A stretch of DNA of 64,000 bases from the human T2T-CHM13v2.0 reference genome, Homo sapiens, in assembly GCF_009914755.1 (NCBI RefSeq), contig NC_060930.1. One strand, given 5' to 3'. The notes under the pieces are model-generated. The model was not told the DNA's origin. It did no database searches and worked only from the letters and a program-made list of their open reading frames with translations. Each line of letters begins with the position of its first letter. Within the stretch, counting starts at the first letter, position 1. Both the position numbers and the translations under genes were made by a program. Of the stretch, positions 24,620-39,035 are shown piece after piece.

Positions 24620-25645
24620 TCAACAAAGACACTCCGGAAGCCACTGCTTGGTTAGGCCGCAGTTCCCACCTGACCCCAGTTGCAGAGCCTCACTGATTAA
24701 TCTCTCTGTCTCCTACACTATCCATTCTGCCAGGGAATTCTGCTTAAGTTACAGCTTCAATTGGGTGATTTTTCTCTTTTCTAAAACATTCAATGGTTCC
24801 TCATTGTCCATTGAATGAACTACAAATACCTCAGCCCAGAATTCAAAGCCTTGTACAATATAGCTCCAACCTCTCTCTCCAGCTACATCACTTTCTATTC
24901 TCTGACATAAACCCTATCTTTTAGCAAAATTGAACATCTTATATTTCCTCACATTGTCTGGTATCTTCTCCTCTCAAGGGCAGTGTTTCCAATTTCCTTT
25001 ATGAGGAGCCTATCCTTCAGAATTATTTTAAATATTGCCTACTATAACAATAACTTTTCTGATTTTTCAGTCATATATCCTATTTCACTTCCTTAACGCT
25101 ATTCATTTTTGCCACATGTATTGTACTTTGTATCATGTTGATTTTATTGGGCATGCCCCTAGCATTAGCCCGAGAGAGTAAGCACTGCATCTAACTCTAC
25201 AGAACACCTTCTGCAGCCACCAGAACAGGGCCAGACACACGGTGGCAGATCATCTATGTAATCTTGTTTTCCACAAAGACTAATCAAGTAGACAGCATAT
25301 GGATGTGCAAAGCACAATGTTACTAACTTTACAATAGGGTTGCATAGGTAAAGTCAAAACATTGTTGAATCTCATTTTCTAACATGCATTGACAAATTTT
25401 TCTAAGCCACCAATTCTTACCAAGAGTTTAGAATATTATTTTAAGTTAGTAAATATTAACTAAAGGATCTAGTCTATATTATATAAAATATTAATTTAAC
25501 ATTTAATATTTCAAATGATCTACAACAGGAATGCTCATCCTTCTCTCAGAAACCCTCTGCGTTCTCTCCTCACTTTCTTTCGGTTTTTGTCCACATGGTA
25601 CTTTCTCAAGGAAGTCTGCCCCCTAGCCACCCTGTCTGAAATTGC

Positions 25646-25646
<1 letters not shown>

Positions 25647-25714
<68 letters not shown>
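25647..25714 (+). repeat. Perfect (AC)34 microsatellite
   Basis: Directly visible, 68 bp uninterrupted. Confidence 0.97.
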
Positions 25715-25717
<3 letters not shown>

Positions 25718-25767
25718 ATCTCCCTTTCCTGCCTTATTTTCCTCCGTCACACTTATCACTAATACAC

Positions 25768-25862
25768 TGCAATGGTCTAAATGTTTCTCCCAACATTCAT
25801 GTGTTGGAAATATATTTCCCAATGCAACAGCGTTGGGAGGTGGAGCCTAATGAGAGGTGTTG
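25768..25862 (+). mobile_element. MST/MLT1A LTR 5' fragment
   Basis: tgcaatggtctaaatgtttctccc..attcatgtgttggaaa...cccaatgcaacagcgttgggaggtgg. Confidence 0.7.
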
Positions 25863-26134
25863 AAAGCATGATAGTAAAAGTAAAATAGTGCTTATCGGAG
25901 AAAACATTCACAAGCAGAGAAGTGGCAGAGTACACATGATCCATGTGCCTTATTAGCCCACAGAGTGGCACGCTTAGACAAAGGTGAACAGAGGCACAGG
26001 AATAAAAGGAGACACTCTCCTCTTGCCATTTTTCATAATCCCAGGAGAAGTGAATGGAACAGGGAACACCTAGTTGACTGTGTAACAGTGAAAGCTTCCG
26101 CTCAGAGAATGGCCCTGTTAAAAATGGGCAGTTT

Positions 26135-26487
26135 CATAAAAAAGAATGAGATCATGTTCTTTGCAGGAACATGGAGGCCATTATCCTTAGCAAACTAACG
26201 CAGGAACAGAAAACCAAACACCGCATGTTCTCACTTCTAAGTGGGAGCTAAATGATGAGAACTCATGGATACAAAGAAGGGAACAATAGACACTGGCGTC
26301 TACTTGAAGCAGGAGGATGGGAGGAGGGAGAGCAGCAGAAAAAAGTAACTGTTGAATACTAGGCTTAGTACCTGGGTGATGAAATAATCTGTACAGCAAT
26401 GCCCGCCCCCCGCCCCACCTACACAAGCTTACCTGTATAGCAAACCTGCACACGTACCCCTGAACATAAAAGTTAAAAAAAAAAAAT
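26135..26487 (+). mobile_element. L1PA (old) 3' end with poly(A)
   Basis: cataaaaaagaatgagatcatg...gcaaacctgcacacgtacccctgaac..poly(A); probable TSD aaaat(a)gggca. Confidence 0.92.
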
Positions 26488-28116
26488 AGGCATCTCCTCT
26501 TGAGCCAGATTCCCGCTACTCTACTAAAAAAAAATAAAAATAAATTTAAAAAAAGCTTCCAGGCGCTTCCAGAACAATCTTTCCTCAGTCCACTCTGGGT
26601 CTGCGGGAACTCAGTGTAGATAAGTCTATTAATCAGCTGTGGCCAATACCAGATTTTTTTTGCTGTTTAGGGGTTTGGTATTAATAAGTGTCTCCTGCAG
26701 TTAATAAGTGTCCCTTTCATCATTCAGGTAAAGAATGATGTCTTAAATATTACGATAAGTTCATATTAAGAGCCACTGCTTGGGAAAATCTTAGAAAGCT
26801 GTTTGAGGCTGTCTGTCCACATCTGCAATAGCAATGAGTTATTCAAATCACTCACTTCACCCTGAAATCTTGATCCTCCTATTTAGATTGTCTGAGTATG
26901 TGTCCAATCCAATGAAGAGTATCAACGTACCTTGAGAATGAGCCACGGATTTTTGTCTGCTTTTTTCATTATTGTATCCAACTACACAGAATGGTTTCTG
27001 GCACATAGTAGGCACCCAGCAAACATTTTTTTGCCTGAATAAATAACTGAAATATTGACAATCAATGCAGTGCCCTGCCCTCAATTCCTTCTCTCATGTC
27101 TGCATCATCAGTAAAGATACAAGGGTTGTGTTAATTCAATGTAAGAGTTTATTGCCAATTTAGCCACTTATAAATTTCCCTTTACTACAATGTGAATAAG
27201 CTGGTAACGGAACAAAATTCCTTATAGTAACCAACTTTCAAACCTTGTTATTAATTATAGTATGTGCTATATTATCATGCTAACACTTTATTGCTTTTCC
27301 TATTGCAGCTTCAGAACAGATAGTTACCACACATGATGGTGCGGGGAGGCTAGTTAGATGGCCTTCAAAGTACTTGGCCCTCCCTGACCTTGATAACCCC
27401 ATTTATACTCAGATGATGCTATTACTTCATACCATGTTTCCTTTTAACTTCTTATTATCTCTAAGGCTCTCTGCCAGGATGAGAAAGATGCCACTCATTT
27501 GTTCTCTAACCACCTCTTTCTGCCCCTTATCAGTGGGCTTTCACCCACTGGCTCTCATAGACACTTTTCTCCAGATTGCATAATATTACATATTTCTATA
27601 CCACATAGCTTGTATCTTGACAAATAGAATACTATAATGCCAAATAGCTCCTAATTCTCCTTTACATTACCTTCTGAAAATATGCTTTCAAACATTTTAC
27701 CCCTTCCTTACTACGTTTTCTTTGACATCCTCTAACATAACTTTCTCTTTTCTTTTTCATTTATAAAGGCAGTATCAAACTTGCATGTTGCAACATTTGT
27801 CATTGTTATGATAACCACATAAGGTCTATTAACAATCTGAATGGGGAAAAACTTATATTAATAACCCATTCTGTTGTATTTGTCATTATAAATCCTTTTG
27901 CTATCACATTATGAATTTTGGAAAAAACAGAAATAGGAAGGGGAAATATGTCTCCAAAATGTGCAGATGTATACCCCATAATCTCAATTTCAGTGTCCTT
28001 TATCTCCTTATCCCTCTCTTTCTCCCTAGTTTCTCTCACTCCCTGGTTCTCTCACACCTTTCTGTTGTTATATTTAGAAGTAACTATTAGATGTTTGGTG
28101 TATAAGAGTTCATAGC

Positions 28117-28532
28117 TCATATTAGTTTACCAAGGGCTGCTATAACAAAATACCACAAACTAGGTGGCTTAAACAACAGATATTTATTTTCTCATAGTTC
28201 TGGAGACTGGAAGTCCAAGATCAAGGTGTTGGCAGGTCTGGTTTCTCCTGAGGCCTCTCTCTGTGGCTTGCAGGTGGCCACCTTCTTTCTGTGTCCTCAT
28301 GTCATGTTTTCTCTGTGTGAACCCATCCCTGGTGTCTTTTTGTTCATCCAAATTTCCTCTTCTCATAAGGACATTAGTCAGATTGGATTAGGACCCCCTC
28401 CCTAAGAGCCTTATTTTGACTTAATTACTCCTTTAAAGGACACACCTCTAAATATAGTCATATTCTGAGGTACTGGGCTGAGGGCTTCCACATTTGAATT
28501 TAAAAGTTGGGAGGGGCACAATTCACTTTATA
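28117..28532 (-). mobile_element. MLT1B-type MaLR solo LTR
   Basis: agggctgctataacaaaataccacaaactaggtggcttaaacaacaga...ggaagtccaagatcaaggtgttggcagg...tttctcctgaggcctctct. Confidence 0.9.
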
Positions 28533-29065
28533 AATATTTCTTCATAAGAGAGAAAAATATAGTCATAAAAGTATAGAATTCAAAGTAAGTTATGAAAAAT
28601 GTGATAAACTCTAAAGATTAGGTTACAATACACGATGCTTTTTGCTTTAGTTGGTTAGATATTTGATTGTTATTTTGTTTTTGAAAGAAATAAGATATGA
28701 GCTAGACCACAAGAGGATACAATTTGACTTCAAAGGATAGGATTTCTGCAGTGAAATTGGAGAAAAGTGAAGGGAATAAATTGCACACATCCCAGTGGCA
28801 GGAAAACAAAGGACTCATTAAAGAATAGAGAATTGATCTGGCTGGAATGTTGACTATCGGAGAGCGTTGGTTTGCAGGAGCAGGAGCAGGGGTGCCCCTG
28901 GGTAAGAAGAAGTCTAGAGGGATTTCAGACTAGAAAAGGTAAGTAGAACTTCACTGTAAATCTGAGGAATTTGGATTTTATTCTGTCAGTGACAGGAAAG
29001 AATTAAAGTCAAAGTGCTCTTGATAGTTCTTTTGTTTGCATGTACTGTTCAGTGTTGAAAATGGG

Positions 29066-29900
29066 TAAACCTGGAGAACATTATGCTAAGTGCAATAGGC
29101 CAGGCACAGAAAGTCAAACACCATGTCTCACTTATACGCAGAATCTAAAAAAGTTGAACTTATAGAAGCAGAGAGTAAAATGGGGTTGGGGGAAAGCAGG
29201 GTGATTGGGGAGCTGTTTAGCCAAAACATTCAAACTTTTAGTTAGACAGAAGGAATAAATTCAAGAGATCTATTGTACAACATGGTGACTATATGTATAA
29301 TATTAGTTCTTGCACTGCTATAAAGAAATATGTGAGACTGGGTTATTTACAAAGAAAAGAGGTTTAATTGGCTCACAGTTCTGCAGGCTGCACAGGAAGC
29401 ATAGCAGCTTCTACTTCTGGGGAGGCCTCAGATAACTGCCAGTCATGGCAGACGCAAAGAGGGAATGAGGCACTTCTTACACAGCTGGAGCAGGAGCAAG
29501 AGATGGAGGGAGGTGCCACACACTTTTAAACAACCACATCTCACAAGAACTCAGTCACTATCAGGAGAATAGCACGAAGGGGGCAATCTGCCCCCATAAT
29601 CCAATCATCTCCCACCAGGCCCCACCTTCACCATTGGGATTACAATTCAACATGAGATTTGGGTGGGGACACAAATCCAACCCATGTTACTATAGTTGAT
29701 AAAGGGTTGTTTACTTGACAACTGCTGAAAGAGCAGATTTTAAATGTTCTCGACATGAAAAATAAGTATATAAGGTAATAAATATGTTAACTAGATTGAT
29801 TTAGCCATTCCACAGACATATTTTAAAACATGGTGTTTTAAACAACATTCATAGATACTGTTTTTATTTGTCAGTTAAAGTGTATATAATTTAAAAATAA
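29066..29900 (+). mobile_element. L1MA 3' end interrupted by MSTA
   Basis: cctggagaacattatgctaagtg...ttcaagagatctattgtacaacatggtgactata|gttgata...gatttagccattccaca. Confidence 0.88.
29294..29689 (-). mobile_element. MSTA MaLR solo LTR with perfect 5-bp TSD CTATA
   Basis: gctataaagaaata..tgagactggg...ctggggaggcctcag...catgagatttgggtggggacacaaatccaa; ctata at 29289-29293 and 29690-29694. Confidence 0.92.
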
Positions 29901-30182
29901 AATAAGCTCTATATTAACAGTAGTCTGTATTATAAAGCATTTGCTTCCCTCAAATGTTTCAACATTTCCTATGTCATAACTGGACCCCAAACTTAGCTGA
30001 AATTTTCATATACATATTCTTAAGGACCTAAACCAGTGGTTTGCTTTGGTCCTATGATCACCCTTCACAAAGTCTGACACTTCTGCATTATTTATATCAG
30101 TATTTCTCCAACTATAGTCTTTGGCTCTTTAGATATCTATGAACTTATTCTGAGGAGTGGAAGAAACTAGTCTTTTTTAATT

Positions 30183-30614
30183 TGTAGGTTCTTAACATGG
30201 GGTTCTTGAGCAGAGGTGAGAAAATAATTGCATATTTTATTTTCACTAACTTCTAACTGAAATAAAACATTTCTCTTTAAAGTAAATTGGCAACACAGGC
30301 AGATTTTTTATAGGTCATTACAATTACTGTGAAAACCTTGAAAGTTTTTTAATGCTTATCACTAATTTAAAATTATGGGGGTTATCAAACCTGATGACAG
30401 ATCTCATTATTTATTGGTAATAAAAATTCACCAATAATATATTTGTCAATGTTATGATTTTTTAGATATTTTGATTACTGTAATTCTGGATAATTGGTTT
30501 CATCTTACTGGTTGAATTTAGTTTTATGCTTTGAAAAACTATCCTGAGAAGCAGCCCGTAAGCTACAAGAGACAGGCAGAAGAGTCTATGGGATAAAAAT
30601 GGTTAAGAATCCAC
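30183..30614 (+). mobile_element. MER113-like hAT-Charlie MITE
   Basis: ggttcttaacatggggt...ttattttcactaacttctaactgaaat...ggttaagaatcc; inverted termini ggttcttaac/gttaagaatc. Confidence 0.75.
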
Positions 30615-32939
30615 AACTTAGAAGGAGTCTATAGTATTACTCCAGTCTAGGGGTGGAGGGAGAACTGCCTTCTGTTATCACTCCTTGCTTTAAGAAACCT
30701 GTGTTCAGGCTTTTGCTTTGAATACTAAACCATCTATTTCTGTATTTATCATATTTCTTTGAGTCGATACCTTTGAGCCTTCCTAGATGGCTTCTTATCA
30801 CTTGAAGTTGACTATAAATGGATTCTTTTATTTTGTTTACCCTGGAGTCAGAACAGGCAGGAGGAAATCAGGTTGAGAGGAGTAAAGCATCCCAAGGAAA
30901 ATTTTATCAATTAAATGTTAATGCAAAAAAAAACCTATTCATTCTCTTGATTTGTGTTACTTTAAGGTGAAATCCAGAATATCAAATGAACTTATCAAAA
31001 GGATGCCTAAATGCTTTCAACTTTTTGGTGAGTTCTTTAACTAAGTTCCACTAGGTTTAAAATATAAATATATTGTTTCCACTTAAGCAATCTCCAGATA
31101 ATATTTTAAAAGATAATGAAATAATATCTAAGACCCTCAGATGGAAGCTACTGTATTAAGTGCTAACTCTAATCATTATTTTCTTAAATATTTGGATATT
31201 TGGATCTCACTGAAACATGTAACATTCTTTTGAAATGACCTGTGAATAGAAAAATGCAATCAAAGCATGTTGCAGTGGAAGCACCTGCTTCTCTCCGTTC
31301 TGTAAGAATAGAGTCTCAATGAATAGCCTGCTGAAATTCCAATGGCTTTATCAAATGAGACCCTGACCAGGTTTTCCAACAATATTTAAAGCCTCCCTTA
31401 GTGATTTCACTGCATTTACAGAGAGACCTCAACAATCAAGAAGGAAATGTGTGTTTTGCTCTTTCTTGGCTCTGTTCAGTCCCTGGTTTTATCAAGCTGC
31501 CGCACAGCACTTCTGTCCTGAAAGATGCCTGTGTGACTTGGATACCATTTCATAGAGTCACACTGGATCCTCTTATGTCCTGCCAATTAAATTATCTTCT
31601 CCAGCCTTTATTCCTGCCAAAGAGGCTCAGGCTGAGATAAGGTCACACTCCTCTTAAGTTGTTTTTGAAATAGTGTGGAAGGCCTCATGAAGAATAAGAA
31701 CATGCACAAGCATTAATGCCTCATCTTCCCCAGCCCCCTTGGTAGATACTGAATTTCTCTGCAGAAGTTCCTTCTATTGTGTACCACCACCCTGAATCTC
31801 TAAAAACTGAAGAGTCCTCCTTAATCTCATTAAATTAAACTATAGCACTACACAAAGCATGTGCTAAATGTGAGATTCCATTATCACTGTGCCAGTTGAA
31901 TTACAGATCAGACATCATAGGAACTGAGAGGAGGTTCTTAAATTGGTCCTGTTCAGGGAATCTAGGGAACAATACTTGACTCTCTTCTGTATTTATATAA
32001 AACTATCTCTATTCTGCTACACATCTAAAACAAAATTAAATTTTTGTAAGCTATCTAGATAATGGCTATTTTTCATGTTTTGCATTCTACACTTCTCCTT
32101 GGCTTTTGCTTTCCCCATCAGAATGTTTCACAAGACACAACTAAGGTAATGGATCTTTATTTTATAAAACACACAAAGTGTAATAATTGAGCTTTCAGTT
32201 GATTTCATATTTTGCACCAAGGTACTACCTTTCCATGAGGAGATGCCTGCAAACTCAAGCTCTAGACTTATAGGAGACTATAAAGTGTTCTCTAAGACCC
32301 TCGTTTAAAGTGCCTCTTAGGACTTTTGAGACTGTCGAGATGAATTCTACTTTCTGGGTCCTGAATCCAAAATGAGCGGAAGAGGACCTACGGTTGCCCT
32401 GTAAGAGTGGGTACAAGGGTAAGAAGTCCTCAGGGTGTGGCGCTCAGACTGGCTCACAGACATACCAACTTCCTCTGAAACTTAAACATTCCCAGCCACC
32501 TGTCCCTTCCACGCACCCTCTCCGTTGCCTACTCACAAAATCATTGTTGTATTTTGTGTAAAACCTCATCATTCCTTTATGTTTCCGATGAAAGATTCTT
32601 GCTGACCCTTAGTACTCCAGTTCCCCAACCCTTGCAAGGGATTTCATACTCAGAGAACACATGGCCCAGATTGGAGAAACTGCAAAAGCACAGATAGTCA
32701 CTGTTTGCTTGCATATCTGCTGACACAGTTTCTGGCACGATAGAATATTAGCACGAGGAAAAGCTAGGCTCTTGAGTATATGCTTTTCCTAAACTCTCTC
32801 TCTTTATGGAGTCTTCTCAATCCAAAGAATTATAACAGAATGAAGAGTTTAAAAATTTTAGGTAAAGGAATTGAAATCAGAGATGATTGAGAAGGCTTTT
32901 GAGCTGATTGAGAGATCTGTGAGTATTTTCCTCCTTTGA

Positions 32940-33249
<310 letters not shown>

Positions 33250-36200
33250 CTATTTTTCTCTTTCTTAGCTTTTCTGTTTCATCCTATGCTTAAGTAATTT
33301 CTGATTTATACTAGATACTATAAATAATATTTTGTGAAATCTTGGGATTTTATTAATTTTCCCTGAAAGTTGTTGAGTTATTTTCCACCAAAGACTTTTA
33401 AATGACTGACAGGTAACCATAAATTTGTAGAGGTTTGGTTTTCTGCTTTATGAAAGTGGGACTATTGTGGTTTGCCTCCTAATCCTGAGGAAATCACTTA
33501 GTCCTAGGCCATTACCTTTACTCTTAAGATGGGGAAGTCTGAGTATTTACCAAGCTTTTTTAGCTTGGCAGGTCTTAAACTCCAAATTTTCTTATCTCTT
33601 CAGTTAAAATATCTACTCAGCTCTTTATAGCCTTCAGCTCTATTTTTTTTCTCCCTGGACATTTTGGGACCTCATAAGCACGTATGCAGTTGAGGAGTCA
33701 CACAAGGATTTGAGAAAATTTTATAGGCAGATCTTGATATCTTTCACTGTTGTTCTCTCCTTTCAACACTCTGGTGGTCCTGCATCCATGCTCTGAAGCC
33801 AGTAAGGGTGTGGTTTTCTGCTTCTATTTTAGCTGATCCACACTGCACTTGCCCATTTATTTATTGGTCCATTCATTTTTTACTTTTATTTTCGTCTGGT
33901 GCCTCCCACTAAAGTGCAATCTCTGGGAGAACAGATTTCTCTTCTGGCACCACTATATTTCAGCACATGATGCTATGCACAGCACACAGTAGATTCCCAA
34001 CATATTTACCTGACTTTTGATAGTTTTACATCATATCATGTGACAATGGCTTTATATTAAAGTTATGTTAAATTACATTAAATTTATAATTTAATCACAT
34101 TAAATTAAAGTCATGTAAATTCTTGAAAGACCACTAAAAGTAAAATCAACAGAGTGTTTACATCCTCATTCTAGAGATAGGAAAGAGTCCAAAACATTTA
34201 AAACAAAACACTAATCATTTTGATTCAAGGAGATGTCTTAATAAACTATGTAAATGTATATAATTTGTAGATGGTATATTACTGTAATGTGTGAAAGTAT
34301 TGAGTATAACAAACCAGGATGGAGCCATTTAACTTTTTATTAAGCTTCTATATCCAACCTTATTGCAAAGGAAAGCATGTACAAGCTCCCCACTTCTGTC
34401 AATGTGGAAATATAATGAATTTTTCCTCTGAGAGTGCTGAACAGCCATCTCAGCTAAGTTCTTACCTCTACAGCAAAACATCAATCTAATCTGTCATCTC
34501 AGCAGCACTCACTGGCCATTCTGTGAAATATCCTTCTGCTATTTGAGAGCTCAGGCTCCTAACCTTCATTATCAGAAAAATAACGAATCACACCATCCTA
34601 ATCCTACAGTGTTTCCTAAGCTAAAAATGCAATATCATAAACTTTATATACAACACTTTTGAGGTAGCTACAAACAGACATCAGTCACCAAAAACATACT
34701 CTCAAACATTTCCTAGATATAAGAATTGTCTAATTATTCATAGGAATTGTCTAATTATTCATACATTCAAAATTTTTGTACCTGGGGGAAAAAAAAACAA
34801 AACTTTTGTTTGATTTTCTCCATCTTACCAGCAGGATTTTAGTAATTGGCATCATATATGAAAGAAAAATTTATACTTAGCCTGTTCCTGTGTTGTGTTT
34901 CTTTCCAGGGACATAAATATTGATGCAAACACCATTTAAAAACCCATTTTATAGTGTCACATTTACAAAGCTGTTTTGGGTCACCACAATCATTGGAATT
35001 CATTCACCCCTCAGAAAATACTTTATTCTGGTCATAACATCACATTTTTCCTCTCATGCAGAATGAACAATCTATAGTCACATGTTGTTTCTTTCTTTAA
35101 GCCACAGTTTCTAAATTGAGTGTCTAGCATTTATAATCAACTGCTTCATTTAATTCAGGTCGATTTTAAATGCTAGCCATTCATTTGGTGGACTGTGAGC
35201 AGCCTGTGGTTTTGTTAGATCTACAGCATAAAGAAACAGTTTTTCTTATCCTGATCCTATAGTTGTCTGGGAAAGGTGACACTCGGTGAGACATAATGAT
35301 AAGAAAGGCTACAGATGCCCTAGGCAGTCAGAACCAAAGCCAGATGATTAAACCATTCTGCAGCATTCCCCAAAGACAAAGCAAGGGAAGCAATGTTTTG
35401 AATGTTTAGTACTAAAAAAATTCTCCAGAACAGAAGTCACACATACTGTATGTGTTTTTGTTCCTGCAATCCCCCACCCTCTGTTTCTGTAGTTCCTCCT
35501 ATTAATGAAGAATTCAGAGAGGGAGGAATGATAGTTTTTGCATGCCTATTTACTGGGATTTCTTTTATTCATCTGTAGAGTGGAAATATCAACTAGATTA
35601 ACTTTGAAAGATTATAAAAAAACTCAGAATTCTCCATGTCTCCTCATGAGGAAGATTGTTTTCCCTGTTTCAAGCAATGCACCTAAACGATACACTCCTT
35701 CATTTTACTGATTCCTCTTACTTATTGTTCTAGTAGAGGCACATCAGTCGGTAAAGGAATTGAAATGCATTCACGACATTTGAGTTTGCTAGATTCATTT
35801 ACAAGTGATTGATGGGTTCACCTGGCAACTTCAAGACCTATTTGCTTTTAAAAATCAAACCCTTAATCCTAAACCTAACATGAAGATTCATGACTTGAGA
35901 AGATAATTTTTAGGTCCCTGTAGCACACTCTATATTGACATTCTTGTTTTAGGTAGAGAAATGTGGAAGAGGGAGGAATAGTGTGTATAGTTTCATATGT
36001 CACACCTTCTTCTGGAAATTCAAGAGTTAATCTCTTTTCCTTTATTATCTTCAACTTGGTTTCAGGCAGGTAGTGGCCCTCTCTAGAGACAGATTCTGTC
36101 AGCACTTTAATAGCTCCCTCAAATGAGAACAGTCAGCTTCAATAGGGGTTAGAGAAAATAGAGTACATATTTGCTTTAACAGGAGAAAAGGAAAACATTA

Positions 36201-37849
36201 ACAAACTAAACATTACTTTAAAAACATGAAAACATCACATTTTAAATTTAAAACTGCCTAACTAAATCTTGCAGTATGTTATTGGTATCACCTGTTCCTA
36301 GATGCAACTCCAGCCCTTTTCCTACTGGACTTGGCTTCCCTCATGTCAGGCAGCCTTCCCCTTGGGAATTTTCTGTTTCCTGTCTGTTAGTCTCCATTCA
36401 CACCCTTACACTCATTTCAGCCTTTCTGAAAAAGGAGGTGGTAAAACTTCACTAATCTCTTAGCGAAATTCTCACTGTGTATCTGTGTACAATGTGCTGA
36501 AAAACACCTTCAAATCCCATTTCCATTTCCCCAGAGAATTGGGCTTCCTGGAGAGAGATATTAAGGGTTTTGTCTGCCTTTTTTAGGTTGACAATATCTT
36601 TTATTTTAACTGCCTCTGCATGTCATCTATTTCAAGATTTCTTATGTAATTTACACATTTTAATTTACTCTATTCTCTTATTTTAGTTTTTTCCCCTTTT
36701 CTTTTTACTACCTGAAATCTGCCTTCTCTTATTAACGATGCTCTGATTCATTATTTCACTTCTTATGATCTGACTGTTTTAAGTGCACCAGAGGCCACTT
36801 AAAAGACTATTAAGCCTCCAGAGGAGTGACAGGTACTTTTGCACTAGCCCAATGATTCTTACTTGTTTTCTATCTGCTGCCCTCATGAGAGCTTTCTTTC
36901 CAAGCATACACTCTATCATCCCTATAACTAAAATAATACCAAAAAAAGCCACGTACACAGTTCATCTTCCTTTGCCATATCAGGAGAACCAGAAAATTGT
37001 AAAGAAAAGAGAGTAAGAGGAAATCTAGGAAGAGCTGACCTCATCATTAATTAACAGCTACTGGTAATTGCACGTTTCTATTTATAAAGCTTCTCAGAAC
37101 CTCCTATGAGACTTCCCTGCAGATCCTAATTCCATGAGTATCTTGACTAGTCCAAAAGCCCTTACTCCTAATCCCAACGAGAGCTAACATAAATAGGTGT
37201 ATTGCCTAAGACAGTTGCTTCACCATAAGACATTTTAGAGAATCTGTACCTTTGAAGTAGAACAAAAAGTGTTGTGGATATGTCTTATTTAGTTTAGGCT
37301 ATGTTTAACACAGAGATTCATATTGTTTATAGAAGAATTAAGAAACATTTTGCATAATATATGAAATGTTTTAAAGTGTCCATGACCCAGCAATCTCATT
37401 TGGAATAATATACCCTCAAAAAAATTGATAATTGAACCAACAGGTGTGTTTTCCTAGGATATGTCTTTTACAGAAAAAATTGAAGCTACCTGAAAATAGG
37501 AGATTGAGTGAATTTTGTTGTATCAATATAAGGAAATATATGTAAGCATTACAAAAAATGATTGAGAGTTCTATTATTGTCATTGTAAGACGATATTTTG
37601 CTGAGGGACAACAGTAGATTTAAGCAGCATATATAATACAATGGGATTTAACACTTTTGCAAAATTGTGTTTTTATATGTAGATTATAGTGTATTAACAG
37701 AGATTAAATAAATGGCAGAATTATGAGTTATTTCTCTTTTTCTCTTTCTACTTTTTCTATAGTGAGCATGAATCAATTTTGAAATTAATGAAATCTGAAT
37801 CTAAATTTTTTTTAAAAAGTGTTTATTTCTTAGAGTAAAAACACCCAGC

Positions 37850-38575
37850 AAAAACTGAGGAGGTGACACTTAAGCTGAGTTTTGAAGAAGCCAGAAGAGT
37901 TCTCTAGGTGAATGCAGTGGTTCTCCTTCATGCAACAGCAGGGGCAAGGGCTGATATATGTTAGAGGAGTTGCTAGAGAGAATGGCATTTATGAATACTA
38001 TAAGTAGCTCAATGAGACTAGAACATACAGTGCAATAGAAATATAATGGGTGTGAAAGTCAGGAGGCAAATTTTGAAAATGCCACATATGCCAGGTAAAA
38101 TAATTTGAATTTTGTCATGAAAGAGTGAGAAAGATATTTTTTAAAGAGTAATGGCATAATAGAATTGCATTTTTAGAAAGATCACTCAGAAGCATTGTGA
38201 AAAATGAATTGGCAACCTTTTATCATACACTCTGCCAGACTGAGGCAGTGGCAATGAGGTGGGAAAAGAAATAATTGAGTTTATGGTCTTAGTTGTAGAA
38301 ACTTAGGGCTTTGTAGGGTGGAAGTATAGGTGTAAACATTGTCAATGATAACCTCTGAGATTCAGGATAATCCAATGGAATAGTCAATGGTGCCATTCCC
38401 TGTGACAGAGAGCAAGAGACGAGGGCCAGAGTTAAGGGGGAAGAGGACTCTGTGCTGTACATGATGAGTTTGAGACACACAGAGTTTTTCCAAGTGAAGA
38501 TGCCGAGTGGGCAGCTGCACATTAGAGCCTGGAGCACTGAAGGGAGATATCAGCAGCATATGTGGATTTGGGGAA
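37850..38575 (-). mobile_element. L2 LINE fragment
   Basis: gaggaggtgacacttaagctgagttttgaag...ttttagaaagatcactc...gtgggcagctgcacattagagcctggagc. Confidence 0.75.
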
Positions 38576-38849
38576 TCTACTTCCCATGTGCAGGCATGAT
38601 TTTAAAGGATTATTTTACACTTGCTTTTCACATGCTTTTCATTTCATAACTTAGAGAAATCTGGCTTCCCCACCTCCTCGTATTAAATACTGTTCTCACT
38701 AAAATGATCTCCAATGACTTGCAGGAGGCTAAGTCCATATACAGTGAAAGTTGTGGAACGAATAGAGAAATATGTAAAGGAAGAAGCAAAGAGGGCTTAA
38801 GAGACAACTTAGAGATCACAATTACTTAAAGTTCTGTTAACGAAAAAAC

Positions 38850-39035
38850 TCAGACACTGTGGAATCCAAAAGCAGGAAGGATGGGAGAGGAGCAAAGGTT
38901 GAAAAATCATCTATCAGGTATAATGTTTACTCTGGGTAATGGGTACACTAAAAGCCCAATCCCTACTAGTATGCAATATACCCATGTAACAAACAAGCAC
39001 ACATATCCCCTGAATCTAAAAGAAAGAAAAAGAAC
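38850..39035 (+). mobile_element. L1PB/L1MA 3' end fragment
   Basis: gggtaatgggtacactaaaagccca...tatgcaatatacccatgtaacaaacaagcacacatatcccctgaatctaaaa. Confidence 0.85.

Noticed and set aside
32373-32405. ATG-AGC-GGA-AGA-GGA (MSGRG) resembling a histone H2A/H4 start
   Set aside because: Continues PTVAL-stop with no further histone similarity.
34723-34763. 21-bp two-copy tandem duplication
   Set aside because: Ordinary slippage-type micro-duplication; the 17-bp pair at 63243-63277 is the same kind.
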